Source: Oscillospiraceae bacterium (GTDB lineage: Bacteria > Bacillota > Clostridia > Oscillospirales > QAMX01). Taken from it: a stretch of DNA of 64,000 bases. This document shows positions 16,708 to 26,082 of this stretch, one piece after another. The stretch's first letter is position 1; every line of letters begins with the position of its first letter. The notes beneath the pieces were generated by a model. That model was not told the origin of the DNA and did not search any database. It was given only the letters and a program-made list of their open reading frames with translations. Both the position numbers and the translations under genes were made by a program. The stretch spans positions 740-64,739 of the forward strand of contig SVLY01000008.1 of assembly GCA_015067715.1 (NCBI GenBank). The letters run 5' to 3'.

Positions 16708-18528
16708 TTATTCTTTGTCATCTGATTTCATCGCGCTTTCAAATCTGACCTTTCTCATGCGGTATATCATAGCATATAGCTCGTTTTTTCTCGGAAGGTC
16801 AAGAAATCTTTCACAGGTGGTAAAAAACGAAGAATAGACCGTATCAAGCCCATCTGTTTCGATCATACGATAGATCTCCTCAATTTTTCTTCGAAGGTCT
16901 ATAATTCCCTCCGTGTTTTTAACCTCCAGATATCTCAACATAAATCCAAGCGCATCAAGCTGACGGGGCGAGACGATATCGTGCAGACCGCGAACGTCAA
17001 TCATCTCGTCTCCGATAACGACAAATCCCATGTCCGAAACCTGCAGTCTTTCCGTACCGCTTCCGGTCGGATAGGATGAAAAACCCGCCGAGTTAAGGCA
17101 TCGGTTCTGCTCCCATACCGCGATTTCGGGAAGCTCACCGTTATAGCATACGCCGCATAATTCACGTGAGCGCTCCGTTACGTCCTGTATGAAATAATCC
17201 TCCATCATGTACACCCGGTCTGCAACGGAAAGATATTCGCCGCTTCCGCCAATAACCAGTACAGTTGAAACCCCACGTGAACAATACAGTTCTTTCACCC
17301 TGTCTGTAAACGGGGTTATGGGTTCTTTTTCGATGAGCGCCTTCATTATCCTGTCCCTTATCATAAAGTTCGTCGCACTTTTGTCCTCGTCGATAAGCAA
17401 AAGCTTCGCACCGGTTTCCACTGCCTCCATAATATTTGCCGCCTGAGAGGTTGACCCGGATGCGTGTTCTGTTGAAAAATCCCCGGAATCTCCCCCGGGT
17501 AGCCATTTGATGAACGGGGATATATTGACGTGCCTTACGCTTCTTCCGTCTTCTGCAGATATTGTAACGGCACTTTCGTCGGTAATGCAAAGCTCTCTCC
17601 CGTCGCCGGATACGTGGTCGTAAACTCCGGAAGATATAGCATCCAGCAAAGTGGACTTTCCCGAATAGCCGCCTCCGGTTATAATGGTAACTCCCCTCTT
17701 AACTCCCATTCCTTTGATTCCGCATACTTCTATCTCATCTTCCGGGGTGGAGGTAAACGGAACGGCGTTCTCCATGGGACTGTTCCCATCGTTTGTCCGC
17801 GGCAATATACTTCCGTTTGCGATAAAGGCGCAATACTCTCCGTTTTTCAGCCAAAGACGGATTTGCTTTTGCTTCTCCGCAAGTTCTGTTACCCCGGCAA
17901 GAGCAGTTCTGTCAAAGTCCGCAACAAAGCCTTCCACAGCTCCCGGAAGCTCATCACACAGCATTTTACAGGCCTTGCGAAGCTTTCCTGCAGGTAACTG
18001 AACGAGAATTCTGAAGCACAGACAAACACAGGGTTCCCTCGATACGCCGTCGTTATAAAGCGTTACAGAATCGCGGGCTCCATTACAGTAATCCTTTTGC
18101 GGACGAACGGCAAAATATGCCGAGTTGCGGCATATCACCTCACCACCGGGATGTGGGATATAGTATTTCCCGTTTTCGGCATCGTTTCGGCTCCGGTTGG
18201 AAAGCCGTTCATTAAGCCCGTCAAGTAAGACGCCAAAACCCCTAAGACAGTGATCGGCAACGGCTTTTTCCACCCACTTTTCCGGGGGCTTCTCTGCGAT
18301 GAGCTTCCAGGGAATGGCAATAACCACAGTAGGTCTGCTCTTTGCCTGCCTGTTTGTGGCGGTTATCTCATACCCAACTTCTCCGCTGTAATACACCGGA
18401 CTGTAGTCCGTATACGGTTCTTCCCCCGGATAAGCAGGGTCATAGACACTCATGCTCCCCTCATACATTTCAGTATACGTCGAGGTGTTGGCTTCCATGT
18501 TCAACAGCTTGTACTTTAATCTTTTCAA
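16708..18528 (-). CDS. ABC-class ATPase (PF09818 / MRB1590-like predicted ATPase)
   Basis: P-loop TGGGYSGKSTLLDAIS followed by ...LLLIDEDKSATNFM (Walker B-like), which is the typical family layout. The TTG start at 18528 has an AAGGAG RBS. An alternative start is the ATG at codon 11. Confidence 0.7.
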   Translation of the reverse strand: MKRLKYKLLNMEANTSTYTEMYEGSMSVYDPAYPGEEPYTDYSPVYYSGEVGYEITATNRQAKSRPTVVIAIPWKLIAEKPPEKWVEKAVADHCLRGFGVLLDGLNERLSNRSRNDAENGKYYIPHPGGEVICRNSAYFAVRPQKDYCNGARDSVTLYNDGVSREPCVCLCFRILVQLPAGKLRKACKMLCDELPGAVEGFVADFDRTALAGVTELAEKQKQIRLWLKNGEYCAFIANGSILPRTNDGNSPMENAVPFTSTPEDEIEVCGIKGMGVKRGVTIITGGGYSGKSTLLDAISSGVYDHVSGDGRELCITDESAVTISAEDGRSVRHVNISPFIKWLPGGDSGDFSTEHASGSTSQAANIMEAVETGAKLLLIDEDKSATNFMIRDRIMKALIEKEPITPFTDRVKELYCSRGVSTVLVIGGSGEYLSVADRVYMMEDYFIQDVTERSRELCGVCYNGELPEIAVWEQNRCLNSAGFSSYPTGSGTERLQVSDMGFVVIGDEMIDVRGLHDIVSPRQLDALGFMLRYLEVKNTEGIIDLRRKIEEIYRMIETDGLDTVYSSFFTTCERFLDLPRKNELYAMIYRMRKVRFESAMKSDDKE

Positions 18529-18592
18529 GATGATCGGTCTCCTTAATAATCTCCTTATTTTCCGTTAAACTCATATTCGAATGCCTTCCACG

Positions 18593-18620
18593 AAAAACAA
18601 AAAGCACCCCTCTGGGGTGC
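18593..18620 (-). terminator. intrinsic terminator (second of two in tandem)
   Basis: Minus strand reads gcacccc-aga-ggggtgc followed by TTTTTGTTTTT. Confidence 0.6.
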
Positions 18621-18641
18621 AGTTGCGATCACTCTGTAAAA

Positions 18642-18672
18642 GAAAAAACACACCCGGGATCGGATGTGTTTT
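18642..18672 (-). terminator. intrinsic terminator (first of two in tandem)
   Basis: Minus strand reads aacacatcc-gatccc-gggtgtgtt followed by TTTTTTC. The stem contains one G-U or mismatch. Confidence 0.5.
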
Positions 18673-18685
18673 TTATAGCAAAGCT

Positions 18686-18739
18686 TCAGGAAAAGAAAAG
18701 CAATGAACACGACATCCGATAAATATAAGTTGTTGTCAT
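18686..18739 (-). CDS. candidate 17-codon mini-ORF (MTTTYIYRMSCSLLFFS)
   Basis: GAGGTG lies 6 nt upstream of the ATG at 18739. An extended -10 (TGaTATAAT, plus-strand coordinates 18777..18785) lies about 35 nt further upstream. Two terminators follow the ORF. Confidence 0.2.
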   Translation of the reverse strand: MTTTYIYRMSCSLLFFS

Positions 18740-18979
18740 ATTCATCACCTCACAGGGTAGATTTGATCACGAGGGAATTATATCACATTTTTCCCAGTCA
18801 GTAAAGCAAAAGTGCGGTATTTTCGTTTAACCGTTAGTTGATTTGCGCGATCTCCTCACCAGTCTTTATATGCCGGCACCTGACAAAGCCGATATCCCAG
18901 CGCTTTGCAGCAAACGTTATTGAGTATCTCCGGACAGAATTGTTTCCATCGTTTCCCCTCATCATTACACTGCTTGTGT

Positions 18980-21610
18980 TTACGCCTGTATCTCAATTTC
19001 CGAGCCCGTCAGCTTTTTTCTGACGATGAGCTTTTTATCTATCCTGTCCTTCAGCTCCGAAACGTGGGAAATAACGCCCACAAGGCGCTTTCCGTCTGCC
19101 AAAGACGTCAGAAGCGAGATCGCCTGGCGGAGTGTGTTCTCGTCCAGAGAGCCAAAGCCCTCGTCGATAAACATGGAATCCAGCCTTACTCCGCCGCTTT
19201 GTGCCTGGGCAACGTCGGAAAGACCCAGCGCAAGCGCCATGGAAGCCATGAACGACTCTCCCCCGGACAGGGTGGAAACGTCCCGCCATGCTCCGGTGCT
19301 CCGGTCAAGAACCTCAAGGTCAAGACCGGACTGGGAACGGTGATCCCTTGCCTCGGGCTTTATCCTCAGAGTAAACGCTCCGTCCGTCATCGCCGTAAGG
19401 CGTTTGTTTGCGGCGGAGATCACCTGCTTGAAATAGAACTGCTGAACGTAGGTCTCGAAAGAGAGCTTCATTTTTCCAAAGTCCTGTCCTGAGACAGCGC
19501 GGTATGTCTCGTTGACCACAGCCCACTTATCCGATAGCTTTTCTTCCTGCAGGGCAAGCTTTTCCATGGTCCTGACCGCACCGGCGTTGTTCTCCCGGCG
19601 TATATATAGCTCGCGGACAGCTCTGTCAAGACCGTTCCATTTTGCAGTCACCTCGGCGTGGGCGGCATTCACAAGGGAAATATCCACAGGTTTTTTCCCT
19701 TCAAGCCTGCTTTCAAGTTCCGCGCACCGGTCTGACGCGGAACGCAGCTTTTCCCCGTGGTCACGAACGGCTTTTTCCGCCTTTTGCATATCGTTCCTGG
19801 TCATAACGGCTTCCCTGTAGGCGTCAAACGACTCAAAGCCGTTTCTGCCAAGACTTTCGGCAAACCCGGCTTTCTTGCGCTCAAGCTCGCTTTCGTCAGA
19901 GGCAAGGCTTTTTTCCGTAAGCTTAAGGGCTGTTAAGGCGCTTCTTGCTCCGCCCTCCGCATTTCTGAGAGCATCCTCGGCACGGCGGCGGTCTTCCTTC
20001 AGCTTTGAGGCTTGGCGCGAGAGCGCATCTGCCTCGGCGGCAAGCAAAACCGGATCGTCGTTTTTTGAAAGTCCGGCTTCAACCAGCCGTTTTTCTGCTG
20101 AAGCCGCCGAAAGCCGTGCCTTATCAAGGGCAGACTGCGCCTCTTTAAGTGCGTCGTCTGCGCTGTTTCTTGCAAGCTCAGCAGAGTCAAGCTCTTCTCT
20201 GGCGGCGTATTCTCCGGTTATCTGCGCCGGAGAGGGGTGTTCTTTTGAACCGCAGACAGGACATGGCTGACCGTTTTTCAGCTCAAGAGCCAGCATTCCG
20301 CACTGGGCGCTGTAAAAAGCCTCTTTAATACGGGCGTATTCCCTGTCTGCCTCAAGGCTTATCTTCGCGGCATTGCCGACCTTTTTCTCTTCGGCGGATA
20401 GCGTCTTCTGCCATTTGCCCCATTCCTTCAAAACGGGAATATTGTTTCTGATATCTCTCTCCCGGGTCAAAAGGGCTTCAAGCTGACCCATTGCCTCCTC
20501 TGCGGCAGAAAAATCAAGCTTTGCCTTTTCAAGAACCAGCTTTGCCCGTTCCTCCTTTGCCCGCAAAGAATCAAGCTCGGTCTTTTCCCCAAAGACCCGG
20601 TTTTCAAGCCCGGTGATACTCTCCTCCTCGGGACGAAGCTTTTCTGCCATCCTTGCAAAAGCCAGCCGACGGTCAAGCACCTCTATCCGCCCGGCATCAT
20701 CCGCAAGAGCCCCAAGCTCAGCTTTTGTGGCGGCAAGCTTTTCAAACTCCCGGTTCAGATCCTCTGCCCGGGTCTTTTCCGCCAGTATTTCGTCACGCTT
20801 TTTACCTGCAGACTCAAGCCCGTCCTTCAGGCATGAAAGCCGGGCTTTTTGATATTCCTCCAGCTCTCTTACAAGGGGAAGGGCATCACGGAGGGAATAC
20901 ACGTCCGAAAGCGCGGCCTGCAGGGAGTCTGCCTTTTCAAAGCCATCTTCAAGGCGCACCTTTTCCATTGCGGAAAGTATCTCTCCGGAAAGTCTTTGAC
21001 GTTCTGCCTCACAGGCGGAGTTTTTCTCCTTCAGCCTCTGCTGAAGGTCGGCGTAGAGCCCGGTGTTGAATATCTTCTGGAAAAGGGCCTTTCGCTCCTC
21101 GCTTTTGGCGTTCAGAATACGAAGAAAATCTCCCTGAGCTATCATAACGGTGTTTGCAAACTGGTTCCGATTAAGTCCTATCAGCCCGTAAACACAGGAG
21201 TTTACAGCCTCCACCCCGGAGAGCGCCTCGCCGGAGTCAAGATTTTCAAGCTCAGCTTCGGCGGCGCGTTTTGCAAGCCCCTCTCCTCTCAGCTTTGCGG
21301 TGGTCTGCTCGGGACACCGTTTAACCCGGTAGCTTTTTCCCCGATGGGAGAAAACGTACTCAACGAAGGTAATATCTGCCGGAGAGGCAAAATCCGAGCG
21401 AAAGGATTTTGAATGCCGCCTTGAGGAGCCTCCGCTGGCCTCGCCGTAAAGGGCGAAGCTGATCGCATCGAAAACGGTGGTCTTTCCGGCGCCGGTGTCT
21501 CCGGTGATGAGAAATATCCCGTCAGAGCCCAGAAGAGAAAAGTCTATCTCTGTCCGGCCGGAATAAGGGCCGAAGGCGTTCATAACCAGTTTAATCGGCT
21601 TCACGGGCAT
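18980..21610 (-). CDS. sbcC: exonuclease SbcC (Rad50-like SMC ATPase)
   Basis: Walker A GDTGAGKTT, long coiled coil, zinc hook CPVCGS, signature LSGGESF, Walker B MFIDEGFGSLD. Its start overlaps the end of sbcD. Confidence 0.9.
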   Translation of the reverse strand: MPVKPIKLVMNAFGPYSGRTEIDFSLLGSDGIFLITGDTGAGKTTVFDAISFALYGEASGGSSRRHSKSFRSDFASPADITFVEYVFSHRGKSYRVKRCPEQTTAKLRGEGLAKRAAEAELENLDSGEALSGVEAVNSCVYGLIGLNRNQFANTVMIAQGDFLRILNAKSEERKALFQKIFNTGLYADLQQRLKEKNSACEAERQRLSGEILSAMEKVRLEDGFEKADSLQAALSDVYSLRDALPLVRELEEYQKARLSCLKDGLESAGKKRDEILAEKTRAEDLNREFEKLAATKAELGALADDAGRIEVLDRRLAFARMAEKLRPEEESITGLENRVFGEKTELDSLRAKEERAKLVLEKAKLDFSAAEEAMGQLEALLTRERDIRNNIPVLKEWGKWQKTLSAEEKKVGNAAKISLEADREYARIKEAFYSAQCGMLALELKNGQPCPVCGSKEHPSPAQITGEYAAREELDSAELARNSADDALKEAQSALDKARLSAASAEKRLVEAGLSKNDDPVLLAAEADALSRQASKLKEDRRRAEDALRNAEGGARSALTALKLTEKSLASDESELERKKAGFAESLGRNGFESFDAYREAVMTRNDMQKAEKAVRDHGEKLRSASDRCAELESRLEGKKPVDISLVNAAHAEVTAKWNGLDRAVRELYIRRENNAGAVRTMEKLALQEEKLSDKWAVVNETYRAVSGQDFGKMKLSFETYVQQFYFKQVISAANKRLTAMTDGAFTLRIKPEARDHRSQSGLDLEVLDRSTGAWRDVSTLSGGESFMASMALALGLSDVAQAQSGGVRLDSMFIDEGFGSLDENTLRQAISLLTSLADGKRLVGVISHVSELKDRIDKKLIVRKKLTGSEIEIQA

Positions 21611-22724
21611 TTTCCTCCATTTCCTCGAGTATTTCGGTGATCAGGTCTATATGAGCTCCATCCGGCTCGGTTCCTCCGGTCTGGGTATAGAAAAAATCAC
21701 GGAAAAGCTGTGTCACGGTCTTGTTTTCAACACTTTCACAGTATTCTTCCCCGTCCCCCTCCCGGGTCTTGGAGTTTGAAACGGAGTATTCCATGGTATT
21801 GGGAAACACCGTGGATACCGTCACCTTTGCATCGGGCGCAACAAATTCGTCCGTTACCGTAACGCGGACGTAATCCTCGCTGTAGGGCATGGCAAGTATA
21901 TCGCACAGTCCGCCTCTGACCTCCCGCATCTCATGCAAGGGTTCAAGGGGGATCCGTTTTACAGAGACCTCGCCCTTTTTACCCAGATCCGCGATCACAA
22001 CGCTCTTTTTGCCCTTAACTTCGGAGAAAGAATATTTCAGGGGCGACCCGGCGTAGACGGTGTTTTCTCTGCCGACCTTCTGGGGCTTATGGATATGCCC
22101 AAGGGCAACGTAATCAAACCCGGCAAAAAGCGCGGCATCTATGCTGTCCAGACCGCCCACAGCCAGCTCTTCTGAGTCGGAAAGCTCAGCCCCGATGATA
22201 TACTGATGGGCCAGCAGAACGCATCTCCGGGTATAGTCCACCCCTGAGGCTGAGAGTATCTTTTCGGTCATCTGCTGATAGGTGGCAAGTCCCTCCTCCG
22301 GGAAATATTTCCGCATATGTAAGGGCTTTGTGAAGGGGAAGAGATATACGTCCACCTCACCGTATTCGTCTTCAAGGGTGATACGCTGGAGTCTGCCTTC
22401 GAACTTTTCGCTGACGTACACTCCCGAGGGGCGCAGAAGGGACGAAAAATAGGATATACGCCGGTCGGAATCGTGGTTTCCGCTTATAACGAAGACCTTT
22501 TTGCCCATGGACACAAGCTCTGTCACAAAGCCGTTGAAGGCCTCCATTGCGCCGCTGTCAGGCGAAGCCTTTTGATAGACGTCGCCGGAGATCAGAACGG
22601 AATCCACACGTTCCGTCCTAGCGATCGAGGCGATCTGGGAGAGGATATGCTTCTGATCCTCCAAAAGATAAATATCGTTCAGCCGCTTCCCAAGATGAAG
22701 ATCCGCAGTGTGCAAAAATCTCAT
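21591..22724 (-). CDS. sbcD: exonuclease SbcD (Mre11-like nuclease)
   Basis: MRFLHTADLHLGK, GDVY, GNHD, GHIH phosphoesterase motifs. I chose the ATG at 22724 instead of the ORF-track start at 22835. Confidence 0.9.
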   Translation of the reverse strand: MRFLHTADLHLGKRLNDIYLLEDQKHILSQIASIARTERVDSVLISGDVYQKASPDSGAMEAFNGFVTELVSMGKKVFVISGNHDSDRRISYFSSLLRPSGVYVSEKFEGRLQRITLEDEYGEVDVYLFPFTKPLHMRKYFPEEGLATYQQMTEKILSASGVDYTRRCVLLAHQYIIGAELSDSEELAVGGLDSIDAALFAGFDYVALGHIHKPQKVGRENTVYAGSPLKYSFSEVKGKKSVVIADLGKKGEVSVKRIPLEPLHEMREVRGGLCDILAMPYSEDYVRVTVTDEFVAPDAKVTVSTVFPNTMEYSVSNSKTREGDGEEYCESVENKTVTQLFRDFFYTQTGGTEPDGAHIDLITEILEEMEENAREAD

Positions 22725-22837
22725 ACGTCCCCGGCACCGTCCTTTCAGCAAAAACTGTTTACGTTTATTATACCTTACACCGCGCTGAATTTCAACACGG
22801 GAAAGAAAATGACCAAAGAAAGGCGGGCCCTTCACAA

Positions 22838-22866
22838 TTGATTTCCCAGGGAGATTGTGGTAAAAT
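22838..22866 (+). promoter_or_regulatory. sigma-70-type promoter of the MFS gene
   Basis: TTGATT-17 nt-TAAAAT. Confidence 0.4.
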
Positions 22867-22902
22867 TATTTCCCGTAACGAACATTTACTAAGGAGTATT
22901 TC

Positions 22903-24075
22903 ATGTTCTCCATTCTGATCGCGCTTATCTATATCTCGTTTATCAGCCTTGGCCTTCCGGACTCGCTCCTTGGCTCTGCCTGGCCGGTCATGCGCCTTGA
23001 CTTCGGAGCGGAGATCCCCCTTGCGGGCGCAATTTCAATGACCATCTCCGGCGGCACTATAATCTCAAGCCTTCTCTCTGACAGGCTCACCCGAAAGCTT
23101 GGCCCGGGACTTGTCAACGCCGCAAGCGTCGGCCTTACCGCTTTGGCACTGCTTGGTTTTTCGTTTTCCTCGAAGGTCTGGATGCTGTTTCTCTGGGCGA
23201 TACCCTATGGGCTTGGTGCCGGCGCAGTTGACGCGGCGCTGAACAATTTCGCGGCAATTCACTGCTCTTCCCGGCAGATGAGCTGGCTTCACTGCTTTTG
23301 GGGTGTTGGGGCATCCATCAGCCCCTATATCATGAGCTTCAGCCTCTCCGGCCAGCGCGGCTGGTCCGGCGGATATTTTGCCGTTTCCATGATCCAGTTT
23401 ACCCTCTGCGTTATTCTGTTTGCAACTCTTCCCATATGGAAAAAGGCTGTTCCCGCCAAAGCAGCAGCGGCCTCTTCAACAGCAAAGCCCGTGGGAATAA
23501 GAGCGGCTCTCAAAATACCCGGTGTACCCTTCGTTCTGTTCTCGTTTTTTGCCTACTGCGCCCTTGAGGCCGTTGCCGGGCTTTGGGCAAGCACCTATCT
23601 CGCGGAATACCGGGGCGTGCCCGGCGAGACAGCCGCAATGTTCGGTTCGCTATTCTACCTTGGCATAACCTTTGGCAGGTTCGTAAACGGCTTTATTGCC
23701 GACCGCTACGGCGACAGAAAAATGATCCGCATCGGCGGTATTGCCATCTGCATCGGCCTTGTGATGATAATGCTCCCGCTGAAAACGGACGTACTTGCCC
23801 TTGCCGGACTGATGGTTATCGGCATCGGCGGCGCGCCCATCTACCCCTGCATTATCCACTCCACCCCCGACAATTTCGGCGCGGAAAACTCCCAGGCCAT
23901 TGTTGGTATTCAAATGGCCTGCGCCTACTCGGGAAGCTCGCTTATGCCTCCCCTTTTCGGCATTCTTGCCCGCCACATTTCCGCCGGGCTCTACCCCTGG
24001 TTTATGGCAATATTCATCGTTCTCATGCTCGTTTCAACCGAGACCCTTAACCGAAGAAAAAAAATCGGCAAATGA
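22903..24075 (+). CDS. MFS transporter
   Basis: 390-aa ORF with about 12 predicted transmembrane segments, a DRLTRKLG-type loop between TM2 and TM3, and a second DRYGDRKM loop in the C-terminal half. AAGGAG RBS. Confidence 0.8.
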   Translation: MFSILIALIYISFISLGLPDSLLGSAWPVMRLDFGAEIPLAGAISMTISGGTIISSLLSDRLTRKLGPGLVNAASVGLTALALLGFSFSSKVWMLFLWAIPYGLGAGAVDAALNNFAAIHCSSRQMSWLHCFWGVGASISPYIMSFSLSGQRGWSGGYFAVSMIQFTLCVILFATLPIWKKAVPAKAAAASSTAKPVGIRAALKIPGVPFVLFSFFAYCALEAVAGLWASTYLAEYRGVPGETAAMFGSLFYLGITFGRFVNGFIADRYGDRKMIRIGGIAICIGLVMIMLPLKTDVLALAGLMVIGIGGAPIYPCIIHSTPDNFGAENSQAIVGIQMACAYSGSSLMPPLFGILARHISAGLYPWFMAIFIVLMLVSTETLNRRKKIGK

Positions 24076-24096
24076 TCTCCCAAGGAGGAAAATACA

Positions 24097-24822
24097 TTGG
24101 CAAACTTTCACCTTTCGGAATACAAGCTCCGCACTTCGGACTTTGACAGCCGCAGAAGACTTCAGCCCGCATCCATCCTCGACTTTTTTCAGGACGTTGC
24201 CGGAGAGCACGCCGACGAGATCGGCGTGGGCAGGAAAGACGTTCTTGCTCAGAATCTCGTCTGGGTGGTAGTGAAGGTGAGATATCAGATCCTTCGGGAC
24301 ATTCCCATCTACGCAAACGTCCGGGTTCGCACCTGGCCGCTGGAGTCAAACCGGGCGATCTTCCGCCGGGAATACGTCATCGAAAACGAAGCCGGAGAGG
24401 AATGCGTTCTGGGTTCGTCGGAATGGGTGCTTATGCACGTTGAAAAACGCCGCATCGTTCCGGCCAGAGGTATGATAAAGCTCTCCGACGGCTTTCTCAC
24501 CCGCACGGTATTTACCGAAAACGCCCCCCGTATTCCGGACGTTGCACAGCCGGACAAAACTCTTTGCATAGTCCCCCGCGCCTCCCAGATAGACGTGAAC
24601 GGCCACGTTAACAACACAAAATACGCAAACTTCGTGCTTGACGCCGCAGATCTGGATGACAGCGAGATAATCGACACCTTTGCAATAGAGTACCACAGGG
24701 AGATAAGAAAAGACTCCCCCGTCACCGTCCAGGTCATGCGCACCCCGGGACAGATCACCGTAAAGGGCGTTTCCGAAAGCGGAGAAAAGATGTTCTCCGC
24801 GATGATAACGCTGAAAGCATGA
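24097..24822 (+). CDS. acyl-ACP thioesterase
   Basis: 241 aa. TTG start after AAGGAGGA. Typical double hot-dog layout (RTSDFDSRRRLQPASILDFFQDVAGEHA...; second half ...IDVNGHVNNTKY). Confidence 0.8.
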   Translation: MANFHLSEYKLRTSDFDSRRRLQPASILDFFQDVAGEHADEIGVGRKDVLAQNLVWVVVKVRYQILRDIPIYANVRVRTWPLESNRAIFRREYVIENEAGEECVLGSSEWVLMHVEKRRIVPARGMIKLSDGFLTRTVFTENAPRIPDVAQPDKTLCIVPRASQIDVNGHVNNTKYANFVLDAADLDDSEIIDTFAIEYHREIRKDSPVTVQVMRTPGQITVKGVSESGEKMFSAMITLKA

Positions 24823-24827
24823 TATAA

Positions 24828-24853
24828 CCCCCTGCCGGAATTCCGGCAGGGGG
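24828..24853. terminator. bidirectional terminator hairpin between convergent genes
   Basis: ccccctgccgg-aatt-ccggcaggggg (11-bp stem). The T-run is weak. Confidence 0.55.
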
Positions 24854-24861
24854 TCTTCATG

Positions 24862-26082
24862 TCACAGCTTTATCTCTTTAATTAACTCAAGCTGTCCCGG
24901 GGCCATCCACAGGTTAACGCTGGCGCCTTTTTTGCCTAAGGCGCCAACGGCGTCGTTATATCCGCCGCATCTGACCGGCCTGCCGCCCCACGTGAGCTTT
25001 TCTGCGCCGATGCCGGACGCAAAGGTGAGACGGGCTTCAACGTTTTTATCCCTTGACAGGTTCACAACGGCGCGGTAACGGTTGCCTTCTGCGTCAGTAA
25101 AGGTGGAGATGAGCATGTTTTCGTTTTTGCCGTTTTCGGCTTCCAGCAAGGTTTCGTCGGCCTTGAAAAGTCCGATACCGCCGTAGCCCTTGAGAGTGAA
25201 GGCGCTGTCAATGCAGTTCATTTCCAGCAGGGCTGAGCCAAATTTGTCAAGGAAGATGCGGTTCTCCTCGGAGAGCCATTCAAAGGTCGAAGTGCGCTCT
25301 TTGAAATGGTTTATGGGGAAATTTCGGTAGTTGTCTCCGCAGTTAAGTCCGGCAACGTAGAACCATGTGAGGGATTTTGCACCCAGGGCCGCCGCGGTGG
25401 AGATCTGCCAGCGGAAGGCGTTCTGGTCGGGACAGGCATAGTCGTAGTGTCCGCTGGAGAGAAGTGTTGAGCAATAGGGAATTCCGTTGCGAAGGGAGCA
25501 ATCCCGCATTTCACGGAGATTGTTGAAATAGACGTCGTAGCCGCTGTCCCCCTGCCACATCTGCGTGTAGCAATCGTAGCCTATCTGAGCAAGGTTCCCC
25601 TCTTTAACCGCGCGGTCAAGGTACGGTGCGTACTCCTCCGAGCCGATACGGGGGCCTATCCAGTCAAACCATGGCAGAAGATTCAAAAACGGAACAAGCT
25701 CCGGCGCCATTTCACGCTGGATCCTTGCAACGGCAAAGAAATTTGCCGCATCGGGAGCGTCGGGCTCGTCACCGACGTAAAAGCCGGAGACCGCAGGGTG
25801 GGAACCGAAGCGCTCAAGGGCAAGGCTGAAACGGGCTCTGTAAGCCTCCTCGTCCAGCTTGGTTCCTGCATGGGCACAAACGCTTGAGTCAAAGAGAACA
25901 ACGGAGTCGCCAAGTTCCCAAAACTCGTCAAGAAGCTTTATCATGCGTTCCGGATCGGATCTCGGCCCGAAGATGGGAGTCAGCGGACAGGTAAGGCCAA
26001 GATCGTGGTAGTCCTTTGCAAGAGTGGGCCAGGCGCTTTCAAGGGGAAAATACGTCCAGCATCCCATGGGAAACTTTTTCAT
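24862..26082 (-). CDS. hypothetical cytoplasmic protein, TIM-barrel glycosidase-like
   Basis: 406 aa with no signal peptide and a YVGDEPD segment reminiscent of GH5/GH42-type barrels. Translationally coupled to the upstream gene (ATGA overlap 26079..26082). Confidence 0.55.
   Translation of the reverse strand: MKKFPMGCWTYFPLESAWPTLAKDYHDLGLTCPLTPIFGPRSDPERMIKLLDEFWELGDSVVLFDSSVCAHAGTKLDEEAYRARFSLALERFGSHPAVSGFYVGDEPDAPDAANFFAVARIQREMAPELVPFLNLLPWFDWIGPRIGSEEYAPYLDRAVKEGNLAQIGYDCYTQMWQGDSGYDVYFNNLREMRDCSLRNGIPYCSTLLSSGHYDYACPDQNAFRWQISTAAALGAKSLTWFYVAGLNCGDNYRNFPINHFKERTSTFEWLSEENRIFLDKFGSALLEMNCIDSAFTLKGYGGIGLFKADETLLEAENGKNENMLISTFTDAEGNRYRAVVNLSRDKNVEARLTFASGIGAEKLTWGGRPVRCGGYNDAVGALGKKGASVNLWMAPGQLELIKEIKL

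Noticed and set aside
13825-18980. Integrated prophage or island at ssrA with attL/attR
   Set aside because: There is no integrase, no phage genes, and no second copy of the tmRNA 3' end in the window. Only compositional oddity and the small repeat array remain, and those are reported separately at lower confidence.
18980-22724. SbcC/SbcD pair as a Lamassu/Gabija-like defence system
   Set aside because: This is a canonical Mre11/Rad50-type SbcD (phosphoesterase motifs) plus SbcC with a zinc hook, in the standard sbcDC order. There is no extra effector gene.
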